From Escherichia phage ECML-183-2: a DNA stretch of 64,000 bases. This document shows, piece by piece, positions 36,376 through 45,753 of this stretch. A model generated the notes under the pieces. It did no database searches, had not been told where the DNA came from, and was given only the letters and a program-made list of their open reading frames with translations. Position 1 is the first letter of the stretch. Every line of letters begins with the position of its first letter. Both the position numbers and the translations under genes were made by a program. Location: sequence record OL631481.1. One strand, 5' to 3'.

Positions 36376-37134
36376 ATGGGAAATAAAACCGCAGCTAAAA
36401 CACAACGGCAGAAACTGGCTAATTCAGCAAAGATTGAAAGCCGTTATGCAGCAAAAGCGGTAGGTAATGACGATTACCGTTTAGATGAATTTATGCCTGA
36501 AGGGGACCAAAATAAGATTGTTCAAAGCATGATTTGGAATGATCTGACTGTTGTAAATGCTCCGGCAGGGACTGGTAAAACCTCTGTTGCTTTATGGAAA
36601 GCTTTGCAGATGCTTCGTTCAGGAGACTTCCGTAAACTACTTTTTATCAAGAACCCTACTGAAGTCGGAGATGACCAGATTGGTTTCTTGTCTGGGGATA
36701 AAACAGATAAACTAGCAGCACACTATGAATCTACAAAACGTATTTTCCAGCAATTCATGACAGCCAACAAATTGGAAAACGATATTGGATCAGGTAAGAT
36801 CGAATTGAATATTCCTAACTATTTGTTGGGGGCTACCCTGGATAATACAATCGTCATTATTGACGAAGCACAACTTATGTCAACAGAAACACTTAAACTT
36901 CTTATTGAACGTGCAGGTATTAATACGCATGTTATTGTATTAGGCGATGTTCGCCAGACATATGCAATTAAAAAACGTAGCAATGGTCTGCATCAAATTT
37001 TGGAACTTTTATATCCAGAAAATGAAGAAGGTGTTCGTGAGCCAATTGTAGATTTTATTGGATACGTTGAACTGACAACGGACGATAATAAACGTGGACG
37101 TTTGTCTAAACTGATTACTGAAGTGTTTATTTAA
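36376..37134 (+). CDS. phoH: PhoH-like ATPase
   Basis: Walker A APAGTGKTS; start moved to ATG after AAAAGGAG. Confidence 0.7.
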   Translation: MGNKTAAKTQRQKLANSAKIESRYAAKAVGNDDYRLDEFMPEGDQNKIVQSMIWNDLTVVNAPAGTGKTSVALWKALQMLRSGDFRKLLFIKNPTEVGDDQIGFLSGDKTDKLAAHYESTKRIFQQFMTANKLENDIGSGKIELNIPNYLLGATLDNTIVIIDEAQLMSTETLKLLIERAGINTHVIVLGDVRQTYAIKKRSNGLHQILELLYPENEEGVREPIVDFIGYVELTTDDNKRGRLSKLITEVFI

Positions 37135-37166
37135 TAATGTGGCAGGGAAGCCATTTATAAGGAGGA

Positions 37167-37670
37167 TTGATGGGTGTAGCAACAATAGCTATCGGAAGAA
37201 GCGGTATAGATGAGTGCTATCAAACGGGACTCGTAAAACCTAACGAATTTCGTCAAATTTGTGTAAACCATATTGAAAAAGAGATTGCTCTTACTTTAGA
37301 GAATATGACCCTCCGAGATAAACTGGAAATGTTTAAATGTTGGTGTCTAGGAGAAGATTGGCTTTTAAACCATTTTCAAGAACTTTCTGATAGTAAAGAA
37401 AGCTTGTTTGATTGTATAATAGGAATAGCTGGCTCCGATCCTAGCCTTCTGCACATAACAGAAGAAGAGGCGAAGTTACTGTTCTTAAGTAATTTGTTTA
37501 ATAAGAAAGCACTGCTTGTTCGTGATTGCAGTGATCTTCTTAATAACCCGCTCGCAACGTCTGATCAAATTTTTGTTGACAAAGAGACACTACGTGCGAT
37601 AGAATACATCTGCAAATATGTGAATGGCGGGAAAGCGGTTCTTAAAACATTAACAGAGGAGGAAGAATAG
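37167..37670 (+). CDS. hypothetical protein
   Basis: 167 aa ORF immediately upstream of the HslV-like gene. Confidence 0.45.
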   Translation: MMGVATIAIGRSGIDECYQTGLVKPNEFRQICVNHIEKEIALTLENMTLRDKLEMFKCWCLGEDWLLNHFQELSDSKESLFDCIIGIAGSDPSLLHITEEEAKLLFLSNLFNKKALLVRDCSDLLNNPLATSDQIFVDKETLRAIEYICKYVNGGKAVLKTLTEEEE

Positions 37671-38362
37671 TGACGACAATTATTGCAACCAAAAATAAGA
37701 TTTTGAGTGACGGTAAGGTAACTTTTGGTGGACGTGTAGATTCTATTAATTTCAAAAAGGTCCGAAAAATTGGAGATTACCTTGTAGGTGGTGCTGGTCG
37801 TCTGACCTCCGTGCTTTCTTTCTTTCAATGGTTTGAACAAAATCTACAGTGCGAAGCAGCACGTGATGCTGTCCCTGGTTTGATGATTCACTCTGATCCA
37901 GATAAAGAAGATGAAGAGTTTATTGCACTTGTTGTTCATCCAGACGGACGTATTTTCCTGCACGAAGGTAACAACCCAACACGTGCATATCCGATTGATG
38001 AAGAATATTATGCAGTAGGAAGTGGGTCAGACTTTGCTTTAGCTGCTCTTGATGCAGGGGCAACACCAGAACAGGCTATGGAAGTAGCTAAAAAGCGAGA
38101 TGCTTTTTCTGGTGGTGAAACATTTATTGAAGAACAAGACGAGATTATTGAATTAACAGATGATGATTTAGAAAACTTCTCCAAAGAAGAATTGATCAAT
38201 CTTTTGAAATTCGGTAATCCCTACGGTGAAGAAGAACCTCGTAACGTGGCAGGTAACGAGGCGGATACTGAAGAAAAATCTGTTGCAGAAAACAACTTGA
38301 CTTCTAAATCTGAAAATATTAATCTCGTAAATGTGGCGGATTTCGAAGGAACCGCTATTTAA
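37670..38362 (+). CDS. HslV-like Ntn-hydrolase peptidase with acidic C-terminal extension
   Basis: MTTIIATKN N-terminus (Thr after Met), KVRK, GGAG, AVGSGSDFALAALDAG core similar to HslV; about 80 aa acidic tail. Confidence 0.55.
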   Translation: MTTIIATKNKILSDGKVTFGGRVDSINFKKVRKIGDYLVGGAGRLTSVLSFFQWFEQNLQCEAARDAVPGLMIHSDPDKEDEEFIALVVHPDGRIFLHEGNNPTRAYPIDEEYYAVGSGSDFALAALDAGATPEQAMEVAKKRDAFSGGETFIEEQDEIIELTDDDLENFSKEELINLLKFGNPYGEEEPRNVAGNEADTEEKSVAENNLTSKSENINLVNVADFEGTAI

Positions 38363-38367
38363 CAAAC

Positions 38368-38390
38368 TGCCCCTTCGGGGGCATTTCTTA
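38368..38390 (+). terminator. hairpin TGCCCC-TTCG-GGGGCA followed by a U-rich tail
   Basis: read directly. Confidence 0.45.
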
Positions 38391-38407
38391 AACATAGGAG
38401 ATTAATA

Positions 38408-38842
38408 ATGTTACAAGTTCCTGCTAAGTTTGTTGAAGGCGCTATCCACTCTTACCGTCAAACATGTAAGAGGGCAAGAAACTGTTTAGATGGTCTGGTG
38501 GCAAAAACCTATACTGTTGAAAAGAAGAAACGTTGGTTTGGCAAAGATGTTTACGAAGTTAATATTTTTGGTGAACATAAACTAAACCACGATACTCCTG
38601 AAAACATGTTAGAAATATTTCTAAGAGATGACAAAATATCTCCTATGGATTACCAACTTTTAAAATTTTATGATTCTTCTTTGGCTATTGATAAGTTTGT
38701 TGAAGATATTCTGTCTAGAAAAACAGATAAAAACACTTATCCTCTAGAGGCTGATCAAATAGGATTATTAAACGAGATTTCATCCTTTAAAGAGTTGGAT
38801 AATATTACAAAAGAGGAGATTTTAGATGGCATTAGATTATGA
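38408..38842 (+). CDS. hypothetical protein
   Basis: 144 aa. Confidence 0.5.
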   Translation: MLQVPAKFVEGAIHSYRQTCKRARNCLDGLVAKTYTVEKKKRWFGKDVYEVNIFGEHKLNHDTPENMLEIFLRDDKISPMDYQLLKFYDSSLAIDKFVEDILSRKTDKNTYPLEADQIGLLNEISSFKELDNITKEEILDGIRL

Positions 38843-39335
38843 TCGCCCAACGAGCGATTATTATCCGACACCGCAAAAAGCAATCAATAGTTTGTTTAGT
38901 GTTATAGATTTCAAAAATCTAAAGGAAGAAGGTTGGGTTTTTGCAGAACCTTGCAGAGGTGAAGCTGAAGCGATTTATCGCCATTTTCCTGAAGGTTCAG
39001 AATATTGCGAACTTGAAGAAGGTAAAGATTATTTTAGTCACGAATGGGAAAATCGTCCCGACATTATAATCACAAATCCTCCATTTAAGTTAGCAATGGA
39101 GTTCTTGGAAAAGAGCTTAAAAGAGGCGGATGTTTGTATTTATCTTCTTCGGTTGGGCTTCTTGGAGTCAAAGAAACGACGAGAGTTCCATCAAAAGAAT
39201 CCACCAACAAACCTTATAGTCCTTTCAGAACGGCCTTCGTTTGTTGCAGGTGGAACAGATAAGACAGCATACGCTTGGTATGTATACGACCCAAAGAATC
39301 GTTTGGGCCTCTCTCAACCATTTTATTTTGTTTAA
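38826..39335 (+). CDS. phage Dam-type N6-adenine DNA methyltransferase
   Basis: DYYPTP and IIITNPPF (motif IV) in a 169 aa protein. Confidence 0.55.
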   Translation: MALDYDRPTSDYYPTPQKAINSLFSVIDFKNLKEEGWVFAEPCRGEAEAIYRHFPEGSEYCELEEGKDYFSHEWENRPDIIITNPPFKLAMEFLEKSLKEADVCIYLLRLGFLESKKRREFHQKNPPTNLIVLSERPSFVAGGTDKTAYAWYVYDPKNRLGLSQPFYFV

Positions 39336-39347
39336 GGAGTGTGAACT

Positions 39348-39584
39348 ATGGGTAAACTAATTATGACAGTGGCTATTGATTTTGATGAAGTAGATGAAAG
39401 CCTCAACCTTTCACTTTCTACTGACGTAGATGGCGAAATGGATAATATTGAAGCAGCTACTGCTCTTTTCTTCAAAAAAGCCATTGAAGTTTATGCCGAA
39501 CATGCTGCAAATCAGGCAGTAGATTACGGTGGTATCGTGCGAGCTTTAGTTCACTCTACCGAGGGCAATGACTGGGAAGATTAA
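39348..39584 (+). CDS. hypothetical protein
   Basis: 78 aa. Confidence 0.45.
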   Translation: MGKLIMTVAIDFDEVDESLNLSLSTDVDGEMDNIEAATALFFKKAIEVYAEHAANQAVDYGGIVRALVHSTEGNDWED

Positions 39585-39787
39585 TGGCTTACAATTATTA
39601 CTGCATTTATGCACATGAGAAGAAAAAAGGTGACACTGGGACTAACGTTTATGCGGAGTCCGAATCTCATGCAAAAGAGATTGGTGCTATCCTTTTATCA
39701 CGCTGGACTGGAAATAATTACAGTGCAGAAGATATGTTTGCAGAAGTGGATTCTAGTATCCAAGAAGGCAACATAACAACTACGTGA
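39584..39787 (+). CDS. hypothetical protein
   Basis: 67 aa. Confidence 0.4.
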   Translation: MAYNYYCIYAHEKKKGDTGTNVYAESESHAKEIGAILLSRWTGNNYSAEDMFAEVDSSIQEGNITTT

Positions 39788-39792
39788 TATAC

Positions 39793-39820
39793 TTATACTC
39801 CCTTTTCGGAGGGAGTATTT
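39793..39820 (+). terminator. hairpin ACTCCC-TTTTCGG-AGGGAGT plus T-run
   Basis: read directly. Confidence 0.45.
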
Positions 39821-39832
39821 TAAGGAGGGATT

Positions 39833-40027
39833 ATGCAGAGCGGAGAAGAACTTTTAGAGAAACAATTCTCAACGCGTCAACAAGCTTTAAGTTATATGGT
39901 TTTTCTAAGCAATCTTGATGTGAATGAGATACTTTTACGGCGCGAAGGTAATTTCTGGAGCGTTAAATATCATGCAACAAGGTCTGTAATCTACCTGGAA
40001 GAGGCGGAATTCTCTTTGGTAGAATGA
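39833..40027 (+). CDS. hypothetical protein
   Basis: 64 aa. Confidence 0.4.
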   Translation: MQSGEELLEKQFSTRQQALSYMVFLSNLDVNEILLRREGNFWSVKYHATRSVIYLEEAEFSLVE

Positions 40028-40041
40028 TCCGAGGAGTAGTT

Positions 40042-40614
40042 ATGCGTTCAACTTTCACTGGCAAAATAAATGCTGGTTTGATTTTTACAGCAGTAAGCAT
40101 TCTTAGCAAAAAGTTTAAAGTTGTTAACTTACCTGTGTGTGTCGATTTCGATCATGTTTTTGATCCTTCGAACCCCACTCGTTGCATAGTAAGGAGCAAT
40201 GTTGAAAACCCAACAGAAAATCTTTTTTATGTAACAAAACCATCTCAAAGCATACTTAACCAGGTTGAGGCGAAATTGATACCTAACGGTAAATATTACT
40301 CCTTTTTACCTTGTAAGTCGGTTGAAGTAGAGAATAGCAATACTTTCGCTAATAACTTGTCTGTATTCGTTTTCTTTGTTTCACAGGAAGACGAAACAGA
40401 TGAAATGGTAGCAACAGTGAGATCACTTTATGACTCTTTAGGGGTTGTTTATAGTCAACAAGTGTGCGAAAATAATAAAGCCTGTGTAGATTTCATTATC
40501 AACGGTATTTGTGTTTGTAGAGTAGAATCTTTTTGGCTGCACGATACATATGTGACTGTAGCAGAGGTTATATCTGAACCAAGATTTAGTCATGCGGTTT
40601 CGTTAATAATTTGA
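40042..40614 (+). CDS. hypothetical protein
   Basis: start moved to ATG after GAGGAG. Confidence 0.45.
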   Translation: MRSTFTGKINAGLIFTAVSILSKKFKVVNLPVCVDFDHVFDPSNPTRCIVRSNVENPTENLFYVTKPSQSILNQVEAKLIPNGKYYSFLPCKSVEVENSNTFANNLSVFVFFVSQEDETDEMVATVRSLYDSLGVVYSQQVCENNKACVDFIINGICVCRVESFWLHDTYVTVAEVISEPRFSHAVSLII

Positions 40615-40624
40615 GGAGGAAGGA

Positions 40625-40954
40625 ATGGAAATTACTACAGAACAAGCCCTTATCGACGAGGGTCGTAAAATCTTAGAAAAGTATTTAGGGGAGATTCATA
40701 AAACCCCTGGCTATTTGGGTTGGAGAATTGTTGAAGCTGTAGATTTCCTTCCTCGTAACAGTAAAAACGTCGAAATGCGATCTCTTTTCTTATTAGTAAA
40801 GGTGGATGGGGATACGCCTTTTAAAGATGCCGCAGAACATATTGAAAAAGTTGAAGAGAAAGCTTATGCAGAATTTGCCGATCTTGTTTTAGAACAAGAG
40901 ATTGAAGGAAAGGTGAATATTTTTATTTTCTTAGATTTTGAGGAGGATAAGTGA
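40625..40954 (+). CDS. hypothetical protein
   Basis: 109 aa. Confidence 0.45.
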   Translation: MEITTEQALIDEGRKILEKYLGEIHKTPGYLGWRIVEAVDFLPRNSKNVEMRSLFLLVKVDGDTPFKDAAEHIEKVEEKAYAEFADLVLEQEIEGKVNIFIFLDFEEDK

Positions 40955-41694
40955 TCATACACAGAGAAATTACTGTTAAAAGCGATCAAGATCTTTTTAT
41001 AATTGGAGATCTACACGGTTGTTATAATTTGTATGAAAAAGGAAAGGCAAAGTTAGGTATCCGAGATACAGATGTGGTTGTATCTCTAGGAGATCTTACT
41101 GACCGTGGAAAGCAAAACTTTCGTTGTGTTTTAGAATTTACTCGTAAACACAATCGCTACGCTATTCGTGGCAATCATGAAGACATGATGATTAAAGGTA
41201 TGCTGGAAGGAGATCGTAGCTACTACGAGTGTTGGTATCAAAATGGAGGATATACGGTCTTTGAAGAATGTGGTGAAGAAGGAGCTACAGCCTTAGCAAT
41301 GATGACAGAAGATTTACCTGTTGTTCTCATTGTTAACTACAGAGGCATGAAACTTGCGTTTATTCATGGTGGGTATCCATCTTCTTTGGAATATCTCCCT
41401 GTAACAGATATTCCAGAATACATTTCGAAGATGACAAAAACACAGGAAAACCGTTTTGCTGAAGCACTTATGTGGGACAGAGATATGGTAGACTGTGCTA
41501 AAGAGGGAATGAAACTTCCTGTTGTGATGGGTGTGGATTATGTGTTTCATGGACACTCTTATGTAAAAACACCTATTATCAATGCGAATCGTGTTTATAT
41601 GGATACTGGATCTGTGTTCAATAATAACTTAACATTTGCTTATTTCGATATGGACGGTGGTCTTCAATTTTATTCAACTCTTGAGGAGGATTAA
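40951..41694 (+). CDS. Ser/Thr protein phosphatase (lambda-PPase-like metallophosphatase)
   Basis: GDLHGCY, GDLTDRG, GNHED motifs. Confidence 0.7.
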   Translation: MIIHREITVKSDQDLFIIGDLHGCYNLYEKGKAKLGIRDTDVVVSLGDLTDRGKQNFRCVLEFTRKHNRYAIRGNHEDMMIKGMLEGDRSYYECWYQNGGYTVFEECGEEGATALAMMTEDLPVVLIVNYRGMKLAFIHGGYPSSLEYLPVTDIPEYISKMTKTQENRFAEALMWDRDMVDCAKEGMKLPVVMGVDYVFHGHSYVKTPIINANRVYMDTGSVFNNNLTFAYFDMDGGLQFYSTLEED

Positions 41695-42002
41695 TGTATA
41701 AGATTACAATTATTCAAAGTGTAGGTAATATCCGTAAAGAAGTTATCTTAGAAACAGAAGATGTTAATCTTGTTCGTGAGATTGTTTTTAAGGAAGATAA
41801 CCTGCAAACTGTAGAATCGGATGCACCGAATCTTATGGTGGATCAAGAATATTCTGAACTTCGTCGTATTTTTGAAGAGATTCAGAAGAAAGAAACACAA
41901 CCTACCATAAAACCTTTTGGTCCTTATGATCCGAGCAATCCTAGCAGTCCTTGGATCATGAGAAATACGGAACCCTATACACCTTTTGAAATTACTTGTT
42001 GA
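41694..42002 (+). CDS. hypothetical protein
   Basis: 102 aa. Confidence 0.45.
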   Translation: MYKITIIQSVGNIRKEVILETEDVNLVREIVFKEDNLQTVESDAPNLMVDQEYSELRRIFEEIQKKETQPTIKPFGPYDPSNPSSPWIMRNTEPYTPFEITC

Positions 42003-42009
42003 GGTGATT

Positions 42010-42591
42010 ATGGCAGAACTGTTCTATACGGGAGTTGGAAGTAGAGACATATCTGAAGAAGAGTGGGCTTTGATGGTAGGCATAGGGAAATGGCTTTCAA
42101 ACCTTGGGTTTAAATTAAGGTCTGGGAAGGCAGAGGGTAGTGATTCTGCTTTTGAAACAGGTGTCCAAGAGTCTGAAAATCCTACTAACAAGGAGATTTA
42201 TGTTCCTTGGGAAAATTTCAAAGGTAATCAGATTCCAGGTGATGTTATTGTTCTTGCAAAACCAGATACAATGAACTATGCTATCTCTGTGCAATGGATC
42301 AAAGATGTTCACCCAGCTTATGAAAAGCTTAAGCAGGGTGCTAGAAAATTGCACCAACGTAATGTGCATCAAGTGTTAGGCAGAGATTTGGAGAATCCTG
42401 CTCCATCATGTTTCTTGTTGGCTTGTGCTAATACTGATAAACATGGAGATGCAAAAGGTGGAACAGCTACGGCTTGGAAGATAGCTAAAGCCAATAATGT
42501 TCCTTGTTTAAACATTCGTGGGAAAACAAAACAAGAGATTTACGATTTTCTACGACCTTTGGTAATGAGGGCAATAACAAGTGATTCCTAG
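42010..42591 (+). CDS. DprA/SLOG-like Rossmann-fold protein (putative)
   Basis: GVGSRD ... RSGKAEGSDSAFETG resembles the DprA/LOG-type GxAxGxD motif; start moved to ATG after GAGGTGA. Confidence 0.35.
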   Translation: MAELFYTGVGSRDISEEEWALMVGIGKWLSNLGFKLRSGKAEGSDSAFETGVQESENPTNKEIYVPWENFKGNQIPGDVIVLAKPDTMNYAISVQWIKDVHPAYEKLKQGARKLHQRNVHQVLGRDLENPAPSCFLLACANTDKHGDAKGGTATAWKIAKANNVPCLNIRGKTKQEIYDFLRPLVMRAITSDS

Positions 42592-43093
42592 ACGTAAACG
42601 TGGTGAACAAAGAACAAACTTGGCAGAAATCTTAGATTACAACATGGTTAATGATGTGACAAAAGAAATTCTCCCTGTTGTAGAAGATATTCTTCGTAGA
42701 GGGTTACGATTCTGCTCTGATCGGGTGCATTTCATGTGGACACATAAAAGTGACTCCGCTTTGAATTTCTATCCTTTGGACTATACTCTGAACAATACGG
42801 AGATGAAAGATATCAACAAATACTTAATGGGATATAAAGATATAACAGAAACTGTTCTTGGAGAATTGGCAGAAATCTTGGCTAACGATATCCTTAGAAA
42901 TATTAATAAGGCTCTTGACAGAAGCCCAGCAGGAGTAGTAGTATCTTTTGCTGTGCCAGATATGGTTAAATATGAGTCTACAATACCTAATAAAGCTTAT
43001 GCCTTTCTTCGGAGAGACGTTCGTGGAAATGTGTTGGAGATGGAGTCAAACTACAAGATTGAGGAGGTTTTATGGCAGAGTTCGGATCAGTAA
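42581..43093 (+). CDS. hypothetical protein
   Basis: 170 aa. Confidence 0.45.
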   Translation: MIPRRKRGEQRTNLAEILDYNMVNDVTKEILPVVEDILRRGLRFCSDRVHFMWTHKSDSALNFYPLDYTLNNTEMKDINKYLMGYKDITETVLGELAEILANDILRNINKALDRSPAGVVVSFAVPDMVKYESTIPNKAYAFLRRDVRGNVLEMESNYKIEEVLWQSSDQ

Positions 43094-43362
43094 CAAGTTT
43101 TGAAAGTAACTTCGTTACCGCTTGGGAAGCTTGGGATGAAATGGGTGTTGGGGAACTTTATTTTTACAATGTAACACTACGTCCAGAGTATGCTTACCTG
43201 GTACCAGAAGGAACAGTTCAAATTGGCATGTATTTGTCTTCTCAAGACGGTGTTGTTCAATTTGAGTTTTATTCTAACACAACGGACAACGAATTTACAT
43301 ACCGCGCATTTCATGTCAACATGTCTTTAGGAGAGGAGAAATTTTATGACGACCAAGTTTAA
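43072..43362 (+). CDS. hypothetical protein
   Basis: 96 aa. Confidence 0.4.
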   Translation: MAEFGSVTSFESNFVTAWEAWDEMGVGELYFYNVTLRPEYAYLVPEGTVQIGMYLSSQDGVVQFEFYSNTTDNEFTYRAFHVNMSLGEEKFYDDQV

Positions 43363-43543
43363 AACAGTAGAAGAAGCCGTAAAAGCAGCTTATGAGGCTT
43401 TAGCGGAAGCAGAGCAGTTAGCAGATGAGACTGGTAAAGGTTTCCGTTTCTCCCCTGAATATGGGATGGGTGGTTATTATGATCCAGAAGACGAAAATGA
43501 GAACACTGGAACAAATTGGCATCCATCTTCTTTAAGTTGTTAA
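43346..43543 (+). CDS. small protein with C-terminal W-x-SS-x-C tail (family member 1)
   Basis: ends NWHPSSLSC. Confidence 0.4.
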   Translation: MTTKFKTVEEAVKAAYEALAEAEQLADETGKGFRFSPEYGMGGYYDPEDENENTGTNWHPSSLSC

Positions 43544-43554
43544 TAGGAGGTAAA

Positions 43555-43824
43555 GTGGGAATCGAAGATATCAAAGGTTATAAACCGCATACCGATGACA
43601 AAATTGGTAAAGTGAATGCTATTAAAGATGCTGAAGTTCGATTAGGATTAATCTTTGATGCTCTAATGTCTGAATTGTGGGCTGAACTGGACGATTGTGA
43701 AGATTTGGAAGAGTCTACCAATATATCCACCCGCCTTGACCAAATTTCAATAGCAAAGACTAAGTTGAAAGAAGCTTCTATGTGGGCCTGTCGTTCCGTT
43801 TTCCAACCAGAGGAGAAATACTAA
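43555..43824 (+). CDS. hypothetical protein
   Basis: GTG after TAGGAGG. Confidence 0.4.
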   Translation: MGIEDIKGYKPHTDDKIGKVNAIKDAEVRLGLIFDALMSELWAELDDCEDLEESTNISTRLDQISIAKTKLKEASMWACRSVFQPEEKY

Positions 43825-44042
43825 TGAGTTATCGTAATGTTGAAGAATTAACTGAAAAAGCCCAAGCTATTATGGCTTTAGTGGACGAACTTACAAAAGA
43901 AGCTGAAGATGCTGGTTTTGGTCTTAGTTTGGAAGATGACGCAATCTGTTTTGAAGATTGGCAATCCTCTTCTTGTTATGGTGAAGGTGATGATGGTTTC
44001 GTCGTTAATTCTCAAGGCGTTTGGCACAGTAGTAGCTGTTAA
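43824..44042 (+). CDS. small protein with C-terminal W-x-SS-x-C tail (family member 2)
   Basis: ends GVWHSSSC. Confidence 0.4.
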   Translation: MSYRNVEELTEKAQAIMALVDELTKEAEDAGFGLSLEDDAICFEDWQSSSCYGEGDDGFVVNSQGVWHSSSC

Positions 44043-44051
44043 GGAGAGATT

Positions 44052-44324
44052 GTGGAGTCTGAAGGCGAACTGCTGATAAAAAAGAAAGTTAAAGAGATGG
44101 AACAAGCACAAAGAAAGTTTCGTAAGGAAATTGAAGAACTTTGTGAACAGTTTCAGGAACAAGCTTGGATAGGTGACTACGGTAACGGAGAAACTTATTA
44201 CCCTACAGGAACACCAGCCGCAGATCACTATATTGATTTCATTTGTGAAGATTATGGTGTAGAGTTGGATGAAAATGGTTTAACCACAAGAGGTGTTTGG
44301 ATCTCTTCTTCCTCAATGTGTTAG
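44052..44324 (+). CDS. small protein with C-terminal W-x-SS-x-C tail (family member 3)
   Basis: ends GVWISSSSMC; GTG start. Confidence 0.4.
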   Translation: MESEGELLIKKKVKEMEQAQRKFRKEIEELCEQFQEQAWIGDYGNGETYYPTGTPAADHYIDFICEDYGVELDENGLTTRGVWISSSSMC

Positions 44325-44333
44325 TAAATAATA

Positions 44334-44356
44334 ACCCGCTTCGGCGGGTTTTTTAT
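44334..44356 (+). terminator. intrinsic terminator
   Basis: ACCCGC-TTCG-GCGGGT followed by TTTTTT. Confidence 0.65.
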
Positions 44357-44384
44357 TGACAGGAATCTGGAAGCTTGATAAACT
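44356..44384 (+). promoter_or_regulatory. sigma70-like promoter (TTGACA-N17-TAAACT)
   Basis: read directly after the terminator. Confidence 0.45.
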
Positions 44385-44414
44385 TAACCTATCAACCAAT
44401 AGAGGAGAAATATT

Positions 44415-45356
44415 ATGGTGTTAATTGGTAGCCGTGCATTACAAATTCATGCTATGGACATGGGAAAAGACTTGTATCGCCCTTGTGTAGATTTAGATTA
44501 CCTGTGTACAGAACAAGAGTGGGAAGAATTATCAAAAATGTTCTCTCAAGATGAGTTTGTTGAACTTGTAGAACGTAAAGGGAACAAGGGCCATGTCAAA
44601 ATGATAGCTGGTGCACATTTGGAATACGATATTGCTTCTCAAGGAGATAGCACAGAAGCTTTGATTAGTTATTGTGAAGATTCTGATGATGTTCGTCGAA
44701 CTTACGCTGGACACGTTGTTGCTCCTTTAGATGTGCTCTACCTTCTTAAAATGAGTCATCGTTTTAAAAAGGATAGTCCTCACTTCTTTAAAACTATGAA
44801 AGATATTCATTTCATGCGATCACTAGGCGCAAAGATCCCAGAAAATCTTAAGAGTGTTTACGAGTTGCGTGAGAAAGAAACATACACTTACTCTCATCCA
44901 AACTTAAACGTGAGAAGTAAAGATTTCTTTAAAGGTGATGAGGTTCCGTATGTTTATGATCATGATTCTATCCATGAAGCAATCGCGGTAATGGATGCTC
45001 CGGCATATAAATCTTATATGAAAGATGGAAGTGAAGTTATGACCAGCAAAGAAAAGTTTTTTGCTCAACCAAAACATGTGCGCCTGTTAGGTGTTTATGA
45101 AGAAGCGTGTGTTTTGGCTTTGGAACGTTCACAAATTCCTTTCGGTGGAGAGATCGGAGGTCCAACCCCTAAGCAAAGTTTTATAATGGCTTTATCTAAA
45201 GTCTGCACATCCATCACTAGTGGTTGGTTTAGGGAATATGCTTGGGAAAACTTTTATGTTGTTATTAAGCTATATGAAAACATGGGCGAAAACGACTATG
45301 TTGAACGTTTTAAAGCTAATCAACATGTAGTAAAGCCTTTTGAAGGAGGTTATTAA
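44415..45356 (+). CDS. hypothetical protein (possible nucleotidyltransferase fold)
   Basis: N-terminal GS ... DLD arrangement loosely resembling Pol-beta-type NTases; spacing is atypical. Confidence 0.25.
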   Translation: MVLIGSRALQIHAMDMGKDLYRPCVDLDYLCTEQEWEELSKMFSQDEFVELVERKGNKGHVKMIAGAHLEYDIASQGDSTEALISYCEDSDDVRRTYAGHVVAPLDVLYLLKMSHRFKKDSPHFFKTMKDIHFMRSLGAKIPENLKSVYELREKETYTYSHPNLNVRSKDFFKGDEVPYVYDHDSIHEAIAVMDAPAYKSYMKDGSEVMTSKEKFFAQPKHVRLLGVYEEACVLALERSQIPFGGEIGGPTPKQSFIMALSKVCTSITSGWFREYAWENFYVVIKLYENMGENDYVERFKANQHVVKPFEGGY

Positions 45357-45357
45357 T

Positions 45358-45753
45358 ATGTGTGGATATCTTTCAGAAAGTTATTTCAAAGTGACGCATG
45401 AGGATTTAGAAAAAGCACGATTGAAACTGACAGCTATTATTGAATACTCTAATACTGTTGATCACAGATTAAAGACTACTAAAGTATCTGTTCCTTGTTG
45501 GTTAGGTTTACGGCATAAAATAATGTCTCAACATGACCATGTTGTTCGAGAGATGCATGGTTGGTGTTGGTTTCACGATGTGGCTCTGCATTTTGGTTAT
45601 ATTACAGAAGAAGAGCATAGATTCTGTGAACTAACATATCGTATTCCAACCCTTCACGATTTAGATTTGTGGAAGAAAGCAAACGAGATTTTTCTTACAG
45701 AAAGTGATTGGCGTAAAGTTATGGCTTGTCTTGAATGGAGGGGTAATGAGTAA
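45358..45753 (+). CDS. hypothetical protein
   Basis: start at ATG after GGAGG. Confidence 0.45.
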   Translation: MCGYLSESYFKVTHEDLEKARLKLTAIIEYSNTVDHRLKTTKVSVPCWLGLRHKIMSQHDHVVREMHGWCWFHDVALHFGYITEEEHRFCELTYRIPTLHDLDLWKKANEIFLTESDWRKVMACLEWRGNE

